Assembly: GCA_051294375.1 (NCBI GenBank)
Contig: CM119266.1
Coordinates: forward strand, 2,037,380 to 2,101,379
Length of the DNA stretch: 64,000 nt
Reading direction: 5' to 3'
Source of the DNA: Paraspadella gotoi
Taxonomy: Eukaryota; Animalia; Chaetognatha
Below, in pieces: positions 1 to 11,200 of this stretch. Under the pieces are notes generated by a model, which saw nothing but the letters and a program-made list of their open reading frames with translations, was not told the DNA's origin and did no database searches. Position 1 is the stretch's first letter. Each line of letters opens with the position of its first letter. Both the position numbers and the translations under genes were made by a program.

Positions 1-127
1 TGACTACAGCAAAACATATAGACAAAATTAAAATGTGCTAATGTAATACCAGAAAGGCAACACTTATTATTCCATTGTTTTAACTAACATTGAAATATTA
101 TCAATTACTATTAACACTTAATTACAG

Positions 128-1642
128 GTCAGTATGTCAATGTGGTTTTGTCCCATCGGCATTTTCTCGTTGGTCACCGAAAAAATCGTAGATAAGGTTT
201 GTGAAGAAGGAATTTTTTTCCCTTTTGTTCGTTCAAGATGATTTTAATCGGAGCTTCTGCTTTTGGACACTAGGGCGGCGCTGATCAACTATTGTACGTA
301 GCGCTTTTATACTGTATCATTGCCTCTTCCCTTTTGATGGTTCACGCCTTCATCATACTTCCTCTACTGTACTTAATCATTACGAGGTAAATTAAAAATG
401 GTTTAAAGTTTATTTAATCCGTTAGATTAAATTGCATTTCGCTCACGCAGAAAGAACCCTTACAAACTGATTCGGGCTGCGCTGCCCGCGATTACGATCG
501 CTTTCGGCAGCGAAAGCAGCGCAATAACTCTCCCGACTACCATGAGATGTCTCCACGAGTTCGGGGTGAGAACGAATCTAAATTCGAAATGGGGAGAAAA
601 CAAAATGGCAGTAAAGAAAGAACATCGAACAACGCGTTTGAAAGTTTAAAAAAAGGAAGTTTAAAAACATGTTTACTGTAATAGTTTAAAAATTTCTTGT
701 TTTATTATAATAAACAAAATGTAAAAAACAAATAAAGTTAATTGTATATAATAATGTATTTAATAGTTATACTTTATTATTTGTATTACAGAGGTATGTA
801 AGTGTTGTCCTCCGGAAATAGAGGGAACATTTACACTACATGAGGTCAAAAATATTTTCCGCCCTAGGTTTCTAATTGTTTGCATTAAAAATTGCATTTG
901 AAACATTAAATATTATAAATTTTAACATTCAAAAATCGTAAATCAGGTGGCGCCGGCGATTTATAAATTTGTGGCGCCGATTGCTATGACGGTAGGTCAC
1001 AAAGGTGTAACTGTCATTAATAACATCAGTTGTTACGTTGTATGTTAATCTCTCGTCTTTGATTTCAATCTGAGGTAAACATGAACGGTGGCGCCCTCTC
1101 CTATGCAGTGTTGCCGTTTTGTTGCTCAATATGACAACATCGATCTCTCAACGTCCGACATGATTGTGCTTGGTAAGTGCTTGGTACTATGTAATCCATT
1201 CATACACTACTCGACATATAATCTTTACAACACTTTCTTTAAAACGTTTCATATTCTGTTGTTATCTCAATAACAAATCAAGGGGAGAATTATTTTTTTC
1301 ATTTATTTATTATATATTTTCCTTGATATTTTTATGTTTATTTTTATATAATACATTGTATATAGCTCTTAACAAGTATATACCGACATCACGATGACTT
1401 TCACAATCCATTTATCATTTATCTACTTATTATTATATTAATCTATTAACAAATTCATTAATTTATTTATCTCTGTTCCTCCTTTAAAGTCGTGATGGCG
1501 GTCATGACGGCCTTCATGAGCGGCGCGACGCCGTCTGGCGGCGTCGGCTTCACCGTCGTCGCCATCATGTTCCAACCGGTCAACATCCCCGTCAACGACT
1601 TTGTCTACGTCTTGCCTCTTAATTGGTTGAGAGCCAGGTTAG

Positions 1643-1679
<37 letters not shown>

Positions 1680-1936
1680 AATGCGTTGGATCATAATTTT
1701 TTTTTCAAACGCAGCCACAACCGGTTCTTCAACTCTGTAAAAACTTTAACTGAAATTCCCGTGGAAGTGATGATAGCATTTCATGCCGTTTCTCTTTACA
1801 TTCTTTTCTCAGGTTTTCCACGTCGGTCAACATTTTGGGCGACATCTTTGGCGCGGCCATCTTGGATCACACATCCTCACATCTGTTGCCTGAAACGAAG
1901 GACGAAGTCGCGGATCGAAAATCTTCTTTTTTTTAG
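128..1936 (+). CDS. SLC1 (dicarboxylate/amino acid:cation symporter, EAAT/ASCT-like) transporter, 3' part; exons 128-196, 274-386, 451-565, 947-991, 1075-1172, 1490-1637, 1813-1936; 5' part lies upstream of the window
   Basis: Spliced translation gives SLC1 motifs in order: MWFCPIGIFSLVTEKIV (TM5), VHAFIILPLLYLIITRKNPY (TM6), AFGSESSAITLPTTMRCL (HP1), VAPAIYKFVAPIAMT/VNMNGGAL (TM7), SGATPSGG (HP2), LNWLRARFSTSVNILGDIFGAAILDH (TM8). GT-AG introns have matching phases. One net -2 frameshift near 1099-1120 (assembly error or pseudogene). Confidence 0.9.
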
Positions 1937-2039
1937 AATTTGTAGCATTCGTTGTTGTACGGAAAGCTTGTAAAAAATATAGTATAATTAAACTAAAAAT
2001 GTCCAAAAAATAAGATAAAAGCACCGATAACATATCTGC

Positions 2040-2270
2040 TTAAGAAGTTATATTCCGGCACGATCATTTGTTTTTTTAAAACTTCTTGGAAGGGATTTCC
2101 TTTTATGGCAAAGCTTCCAACGTCTTCCCCTGAGGCGTCGCGTGGTCATGAGATCTAAAGAAAACAAAAGTCAATTCTTTCCACATTAACGAGAAATCTT
2201 GCAACAAGAACGAGAAATGAAAGGAATCAGACCCGGAATCAGGGGCAGAGAGCGACGGCGAAGCGGTTCA
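2040..2270 (-). other. Putative small spliced minus-strand transcript (exons about 2270-2233 and 2154 downward) converging on the SLC1 3' end; product unknown
   Basis: Two strong minus-strand acceptors (cttttttctgtttcctatag at 2271-2290; cttttgttttctttag at 2155-2170), a GT donor at 2232-2231, and GC/CpG-rich exon-like patches in an AT-rich background. Confidence 0.35.
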
Positions 2271-4235
2271 CTATAGGAAACAGAAAAAAGTTACGAAAGT
2301 TAAGAAAATGTTAAGTAATGAAAGTTATGAAACTAAAAAGTTATCATGAATGTAATATTATATTAAAGATTACATATTTTGTTCTTTAACATAGCTTATT
2401 AAAACGGTATTAAAAGTTAGCTCAAAAATACATTTAATTAAGAAATGAAGTAAATATTTTAAAAGAAGGCAAGATATATGGATATTGTATAATATATTAT
2501 AAAAAGGTTAATGAGCAATAATAGCTTACATAAATAACATATATATCATATACAATATTTATATTACATAATACTTTTTGTAATATTTTGGTCGCAATCG
2601 ACAGCATCCTGCTACTGGTTTACACAAAAGAAAGCGTGAGTTCGTGTTTCGTTCAATCACTTTCGGCGAACGTTCTTGATTAAAGATTTGCATTCATTTA
2701 TTCACAAAAAAGCATACTTATTGGATTTTTTTCTCAAACGTTGGTAAGTTTAATTAATATATCAGGAGTTTATTTTATTCGGATTTATAATAAGTAATTA
2801 ATTATTTAGTACTTGGTGACGTCACGAGTTAATTTTAGTGTATTTATCGCATTACTTTTAAATCTTTCACCAAATTTGGAGTTTTTGATTATGGCACTAT
2901 TGATTTTATCTTATCAATGTCGTAATCCTCGCGCTATCATCGCTGTTTATTGCATAACTCAATCTATTAAATAAAGAATTAAACACCTTAACTTAAAGGT
3001 TGTACCAAAAAAAATACCAAAGGGGCAGAAACGAGTTGCGCTTGCAGTCTCAATTACCGCAATAACAAGTTACTTTGAAATAAATATTAGCCTGTTTAAA
3101 TCCACGGAAGTTTGCTTAAATTCTTTTTTTTTGTGAAAGGAAAAAGAGAGAAAGAAAATAATTACGAGAATAGTTTCCAAAAATATGACTTTTTTATGGT
3201 TAAAATTTTGATTTTGCATATATTCTATTAATTTACTTAGTTTAATTAAAGAAATAACATTTTTTTATTGAAATTCTATATTCAAATATTTTACTTTGCT
3301 ACGTAACACGGTGATACAATTGTCAGGGCCAACTAAGCTCCAACTTAGCTAGCGATAGCCGCCCAAATTCAAATTTTAATGGGAACAGTATTAAACGAAT
3401 CCATTATTGGTATTAGTTATTGTGTTAAAATATTTTTTTGCAAAAATGTTCCGAACCATAAGTAATTCGCTAATTAAAATTATTATATTGCTATATAATG
3501 TAAAAAAAATATTTTATATATTTTAAGTTTTTTAAATTGATTCTGGTGATTCTGGTTACTGAAAATTAGTAAAAACTTTTAAAATCATTGAATGATGATG
3601 ATAATTTTTTCAGATTTTTCCAAATTTTGACCTACTTATCATCAAAATATTGAAAAAAGAATTATACTTTGTGTGGACAACTTTTTTAAGCTATCAAATC
3701 ATAATTTTTGACATGTTTTAGAAATGTTTAAGAATTTATTTCAGTTCATGACATGATTTTTTACTAATTTATGATATAATATAAATGATATGATATAGTT
3801 TTTATTTTAATCATGGGTCGCATGCAGATTCTGTGAAACATAAGGAACTTATTCTCGCTTTTTCTTTCCAACCAGTTTTCTCTCCCGCTGAGGTTCTTTT
3901 TAATTTTACCGTCAGGTGAGAGGAGGGCCTTTGGCAGGCTTATCAGGTCAGAGAGATATTCGAGTGGCACTGGGCATATTTCCAGCTGTATCGCTACCAG
4001 ATCCTTGCCTAACCAACTCCACCACAATACTCTCCCCATCTATGACGGGCCAATGAACTAAACTCTTCAGTAATGCCCTACATTTGCCCGGCCGTGGGGG
4101 GGGGAACCAGCTCATTTGAGCTTCTTTCTTTACTTATTTTTCACTTACCTTCATCTTATCTATCCCTCAAAAAATTATTTCTTTTTCATTTTCATTTTTC
4201 TCTCTCTCTCTCTCTCTCACCAACTCAATGTTTGT

Positions 4236-4306
4236 AAAAAATTTTGTGTCTTTTTCAAATGCTGATGAAGGCTTGAAGAACAAAGCCGAAACATGTCCAA
4301 ATTTTA
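4236..4306 (+). ncRNA. Minimal type I hammerhead ribozyme motif (Penelope-like element/retrozyme type)
   Basis: CTGATGA(A) at 4262-4269, stem II GGCTT/AAGCC, GAAAC at 4288-4292, palindromic stem III ACATGT, GTC cleavage triplet at 4295-4297, AATAAA just downstream. Stem I is weak. Confidence 0.6.
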
Positions 4307-5232
4307 TGCTAATAAAATTATTTTGTTGTTCCACGAAAATTTCGTTTCTTCTAATTTTACTTTTAAAAATCAGTAATGCCTTTGGTCACAGAAAAAATAT
4401 TTTTCTTTAAAAATGTGAATATTTTAGAGGGTGAGGGAGGTTAGTGTTTTCTTCTTGAAATAGAGGGATCATCTATACAACACAAGGTAAATAAACTGTA
4501 TCCAACGAGATATTTTTCATCATTCTTGTTAGAAAGTTATTTATTGCAAATCAAAATTGCTAAAAAGCTAAACAGAAAGATGTGGAATGGACAATTTCTT
4601 TTTGAATTAAAGTAATAAATGATTTTTTGCTGTCTCAAGGGATTTCTCTATTTCTTTCTCTCTCTGTGTGTTTGTGTATTTGTGTCAATGGTTGATTGTC
4701 GGTCTTTGTCCTTCTTTTCCTTCTTTCTTTTAGTCATTTGTGTTTTTGACTTCCTTGAATAAAACTTTACAAAGTGTAGTAATTATAATAATGGCCAAAA
4801 ATAAATTTACTTTTGATTTTTCTTCTCACAAAAAAAAATTATTTCAATTTTTCAACTGGTAATTCGCAATTTAAGACTCAAATTAGCTTTTTTTCTATTT
4901 TACTACTCGAATGATTTAGGCATGAGCTTCTTAGTACAACATGGCTGACTCTCGTGCTCTCTCTTACGTTCTGCTTTTCTCCCGTTCTTGAGTGTCCAAC
5001 AAAGTACAAAGTACAAAAACTTTTTTTTCTTAAAATCATAGCCAGAATTACTGTAATGAAATGAAATGAAACGACTGTATTATTGAGAACGAATTCCTAT
5101 AACATTAAATTTAAAACAAACTTTCGCCACCGAAATACAGCAAACTTATGTTTATTACTTTTTATTATATTTTACAGCGATCATCTGGACTCTTGACTTT
5201 CTTCCACCGGACCAGAATGTGATCAGACTAGG

Positions 5233-8200
5233 ATGTCGGACTCAGAGGACGACCTCTTCGAGATCGGGGGCCAATCGGAGCCTCTGACTCAGAGGATCAA
5301 CAGACTCTTGACGGAGTACTCGGACGGGTTGGCCATCCCCAAGGAACTCATCCAAAATGCCGACGACGCTGGCGCGACGGAGGTTCACCTTTACTATGAC
5401 AAGTGAGGATTAAGGGGATGGAGGGGAATACAAGGTGACACACGACAGACAACTTAACAGATTGGAAACGATTAATAACTCTTAAAAAACCCCGACATTG
5501 GCTATTATAATAATATTACGTGATTTGTATAAAAGGAAAGGGGTTTATATGAGTTAATACGTAATGATAATCAATTAAAATTAATTAGAGTTTAAACAAA
5601 TGCTTTATTAAACAAGCCAAAAATAGGAGATGTTGACAGTTTCTGTGATTCTTCAAGAATTTGTATCCAATAATAACCTATCCAGCTTTAAATAAGAAAA
5701 GGTAATCAAAACTAAGATAATTATTAAATTAAAAATTCTTAACGAGCGGTCTTGGAATAATTATTAAATTATTGTTAGCCATTTTAATTTAGTTTTTCTT
5801 AAGCTTTTTTATGATACCTATATAAAGTTATAAACAATAATTGGTGAGATCATTATAGTGAAAATAGGTTAGATATTTAAAAAAAATATATTTTAGGATT
5901 TTATTATTTCAATCTGGATTATCTTGATTAAACTAAAGCTGGTTAGGCTTATTTTCATGTTACAATATTCTTAAATATGTCATTTTCTTCAAATTTTCAA
6001 GAGCTTTCAAAAGATATTAATTGTAATAAAAATATAAAAGTTCTTTAAAAAATGTTCATAAAGTTAGACAAAAAGATTGAAAAAAAAAGATTTGTTTTAA
6101 AATAAAAACGATTTTTAAAGCAACTTTTTCACGGTCATTGCCAAGTAAAATCATAACCAATCAATATGATATTTGTATATATAAATAATCTAGGTTTTTA
6201 CTACAGAAAAAATCTTTCAGATTCGAAAAATCTTCACAAGTTTGCAAATTACAATTTTTTTAGCGGCGGGCTGTTGTGTGTTACCTTGTAGTGAGGGAAG
6301 ATTATTGAGGAAATAATTTGTTATTTAAACATTAGCAAAGTTTTTCCAATTAATTAAACAAAAACAATAATTCCAACGACTTGCATCACAGTGTTTTCCA
6401 GGGTGATTATGTTACTACTAAGGAAAATATCAAAAGAGCAACCAATTGTACTACATTTATTTTGTCATCTCGTGATCACGTGATCACTACGTGGTCACTA
6501 AGGCGAAGTGAAAGTTGCAGATCAAAATTTGAATAGTTGATCATGAACAATCTTAGACTAAAGAACAAGTTTGAGCAAACAATGTCGGATCTGCCTATGA
6601 TAATTTAGCAGTAATCATCTCAACAGATAATAATGACGATTATTTTTTGTGATCTCTGAATCAATCAGTCAAAGAACCTGTGGCTGCGCTAATAAATGTA
6701 AATTGTTTTTAACGGATTAGACTGAACAGTTACTGCAGCACATTTGATATTTTATAATTTAAAAATATATTTTATCCATAAATATATTAATTTAATATTT
6801 TTCTCATTATTTTTACTTACATAATATTTTTAAATTGTAGAATTTTTTTAACTTGTATAATTTTTTGAATTTCCATTATTTATTTAAATTAGCATAATTT
6901 TTAGTCGGATCTGCTTATCAGCAGATCCCGACTCTATAATTCACTTTTTCAGTCCGTCAGTCCACCCCCTCAATATTGTCGGGCACTAACGTATATCATG
7001 TCAGAACATCAAATTATGATAAATTATGCAAAAAAACGATGTCCGTCTATCATCTGTCCGTCTGTCCATCCGTCCCACCTTAGCAAAAAATTCAAATAGC
7101 TCGTGATTGGATGAATGGATTGGAATAAAATTTTGTGTGTCGGTAGGGAAGTGTGTGATTGAGCTGGACATGAAGTTTTGATGGAATCGTCCTAGTGGAA
7201 ATGAGTTTAAATGGAAACAACAAAAAATATATTTAACTATTTGAATGCCAATTACTCATGAGTGGATGAGGCGATTGACCTGAAATTTTGTATGTAGGTA
7301 GGAAAGTGTGTGATTAAGCTGGATATGAAGTTTCGATGGAATCGTCTGAGTGGAAATGAGTTTAAATGGAAAAAACAAAAAACCTGTTTCACTAATTGAT
7401 TATTATGCTTCTCTGTCCTTTTATATTAAATGTAAATGCAAAATGTATTAATTAATTAAATAATTAATTAGTTAATTAATCAATTAGTCAATTAATTAAT
7501 CAATAATTAATTAATCAATCAAAACAAACATTTTGGATCAAATTAATTAATTAATTGCCTAATTAATTAATTAATTACCGATAATGATCATGGGCAGATC
7601 CGACATTGTTTGCTCAAACTTGTTTCAACTTACATAAATTTTTCAACTTACTTAATTTTTTCAACTTTTTTAATTTTTTCAACTTGCATTATTTTTTCAC
7701 CTAATGATTTATTGATGCAATGATAACGATTTGATGCGATAATAGATACGATAATAATCGTTAATTGACGTTATGATAATCGATCATTAATCAAAGATAC
7801 ATTGATGTCAAATGAATGTGACAAGAAAATTTATAAATAAAGAGAGAGAGAAACATAATTAAATAGATCATAACATTAAAAATCACAACAGATTTATCAA
7901 TAAATCAATTAAAAAAATTATCAATAAATCATTTAACCAAATTAACAATCAATCAAGAAATCAATAAATCAATCAATCAATCTTTCAAACATCAGAGAGA
8001 GAAATTCAAATAAATGTATTTTGGTTTTCTAATTTAAACTTTTTTCCACTCCTACAATTCCACCAAAAATTTATATTCAGCTTAATCACATACTTTCCTA
8101 CCCACACACAAAATTCCATTTTAATTTCTCTATCTATTTCTCTAAAGTAAATGTGAAGTAAATGTGACTTTTGTTCTTTCCATTTAAACTCATTTCCACT

Positions 8201-11200
8201 CGCACGATTCCATCGAAACTTTATATCCAGCTCAATCACACACCTTCCTACCCACACACAAAATTTCATTCCAATCCATCCATCCATCCAATTGGAGTTT
8301 AATGAAAAGGTGGGACGGACGGACATCGTTTTTTTTTGCATAATTTATCATAATTCGATGTTCCTACATGATATAAGTGAATGCCTAACAAGATTGAGGG
8401 GGCGGATTGAAGGATCGACAAAGTGAATTATAGAGTCTGATAAGCTGATAAGTCTGATAAGTCTGATAAGCAGATCCGACTTAAAACCAAGTTTTAGTAA
8501 CAACTTTTTAGCAAATTAGCTTGATTTTTCCAACCTTTCAGCATTTCATCTAAATTTCAGGAGAACAATTGATTGTGATCCTTCAAAACTGCTGGATCCT
8601 AAAATGGTTGAACTTCAAGGACCGGCCTTGTTGGCGTTCAACAATGCAAAGTTCAGTGATCAAGATTTTTCAAATCTAAAAAAACTTGGAGGAGCAACAA
8701 AAGAGAAGGATGTTGGAAAAGTTGGAAGATTTGGATTAGGATTTAATGCAGTTTACAACCTCACTGATGTTCCTTTTATATCAAGTGGCAATAAAATTTT
8801 AATTCTTGATCCTCACAGTGAAAAAAGGAAAGAAGGATACCTTGAAAGTCGACTGAAGAAAAGCAGAGATACTGGTTTGACAATCAATTTGACGAAAAAG
8901 GAATCAATATCAAGATTCAAGGATCAGTTTAATGCATTCCATAACGTATGTGGTTTTAGATTGCAAAATGAAGACGTCATGCAAGGAACTTTGTTTAGAT
9001 TTCCTTTGCGAAACCATGAGCAGTCAAAAAAGTCCAAGCTAAGCAAAATTCATTACGATGAAACTGCTGTTTTTTCTTTGTTTAAAGTTATAGAGGCTCA
9101 ATTAGATCATTTACTTTTGTTTACTCAGTCCGTACAGTCGTTTTCTGTTTCTATTATAAATGATAGCACATCAAATGATTCACTTGATATTTCACCCATC
9201 TTCTCAACACAAAAAAAATTAGTGCAATGTTTTAAGCAACATAACATTAAGATTGACAGGCCCGAAATTGATAGTAATGATTTTGATGAGCTTCTTTACA
9301 ATCAGACATCAATTTTGAAGGCAGCTAATATTACCAAATTAAATCCAAATAGTAAAAATATATTAGATTCGGTGATTATGGTTAATATTTCTAGCAAAAG
9401 GAAGGTCATTGAAACAAAGCAAAAAGAATTTTCTATCAAAGATAAATACTTTTTGATTTCAAGTTGCATTAGCTCAAAGTCAGCTCTTCAAATGACTCAA
9501 AAATTTCAAAATGAGAACTTGTCTCCCGTTGGCGGAGTTGCAATCGCGTTATCAAAGGGGAGTGATGAAAAGTTTCACCCAGTACCTTTACAAAGTGGAA
9601 CGTCGCTTACCTTTTGTTTTTTACCCCTTCCTATTGAAAATCCTTTTGCTTTCCACGTTAATGGTTTTTTTGAAGTAACCTCCAACAGAAGAGAATTGAG
9701 AAAAACTACAATAGATGAGAAATATGATGGTTGGAATCCAGGAAATTGGAATCGAGTATTGATGGAAGATGTAATAGTCCATGCACTGTTCAATTGTCTG
9801 CTCCAGCTCACAAATTTGAATATTTTTCTTCCTGGTTCTTGGCATCGACTTTGGCCTTGTTCCTTAGAAATACCATGTATATGGGATCCTCTATCCACCG
9901 CATTCCAAAAAGGTGTACAAGAACGCCCGCAACCTAAAATATTTTTTTCTGAGAATTCTGAAGAATGGATTAATTATGAACATACAGCATATTTTCAAGA
10001 TGAATTGAAAGATACAAAGTTGATCAAAAAACTGAAAACAGACCTTAGGCCATATTTAGAAACACACTTGATGGGATACGTGTCAACACATCTTGGTATC
10101 ATAGAGGTTGATTCTAAAAAAATTCGAGAATTGTTTCAAAATCAAGCTAATACTATTCAAGGGACAAGCATTTTACAAAATTTTTTTAAAAATATAAACC
10201 TTTTCCCTCGTCTAGTCATAAATGAAATTGTGCTTGAATGTCTACAAGGAATGTCTATGAGTTCAAATATACACTATATTATGGACAAAAAAATTATTTT
10301 AGCTTTAAAATCTTCAAAATGTATTTTTACACACGATGATTTTAAAACTCCAAGCACACTGATTGATCCTAGTTATGAACCTTTAGCAATATTATATAAA
10401 AAAACTGATGGTATGTTTCCAGCTGATGACTTTAATTCCTTTCCAATCATGAACAACTTAAAACAGCTGGGGATGATCAATTCCCTTCAAGACTACAACT
10501 GGAACAATATCCTAGAAAGAGTTGCTTATATTGAAAAAATGACTTGTTCAAGCTCTGAAAGTGTTGAAGAGCTGTCAAGGTCTGTCATTAAAGTTATATT
10601 GCTCAAAGATAAAAGCAGTTGTTCTCAGCATATCAGGAATGACTTAAGATCCAAAAAATTTTTATTTTCAAATGAAAAAAAACAGTATTATGCTCCATAT
10701 CAAATGTTTAGCTCAGCTGTTGAAGCGTTAGTAGATGAAGTACATCCTATTTTTGATGATAAATACTTAAAAAGAATATATCCCATTCAAAAAATTAAAA
10801 GTCTTTTAGATTTTTTAGGGATAAATACAGTGGTACAAGCAGACGTGGTTCACTCACAGCTAATGAGCTTATCAAAAAATCATATGGATACTTCTATAGC
10901 TAAGAAAACTGTTTCTAAATGTGATGAGATATATAAATGGTTTTCACGAAACTGTTCCCTTCAAAAAATACAAACTACTTTTCAGAATCAGTCCAATGAA
11001 AAATTAATTTTGTCCCAAGAAGGATTTAAGGAAAGTCACTTGGTTATTCAAGAAAATAAAAATAATTTGGAACCATGGCTCTTCCAACTTCATTTTGGAA
11101 TTAACAAAGACTGTTGTAAACTATTTTTAAATGCTCTTGGAGTAGCACCTGAAATTAATTCATTGAAGATAATAAATATTTTAGAAAATATGAAAGTGAT

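Noticed and set aside
792-845. Candidate SLC1 exon after tacag at 791
   Set aside because: It has a stop in frame, and the missing segment is fully supplied by exon 947-991.
1827-2033. Minus-strand ORF containing FRTTTN, resembling SLC1 TM8 (LRTTTN)
   Set aside because: The real TM8 exon is on the + strand at 1813-1936 in the correct phase; the match is coincidental.
8006-8341. MKFCVWVG-containing ORFs (also 27733-28062 and 34667-34852) as a small protein family
   Set aside because: They are the non-coding central repeat of the HINE element; the frames are not conserved between copies.
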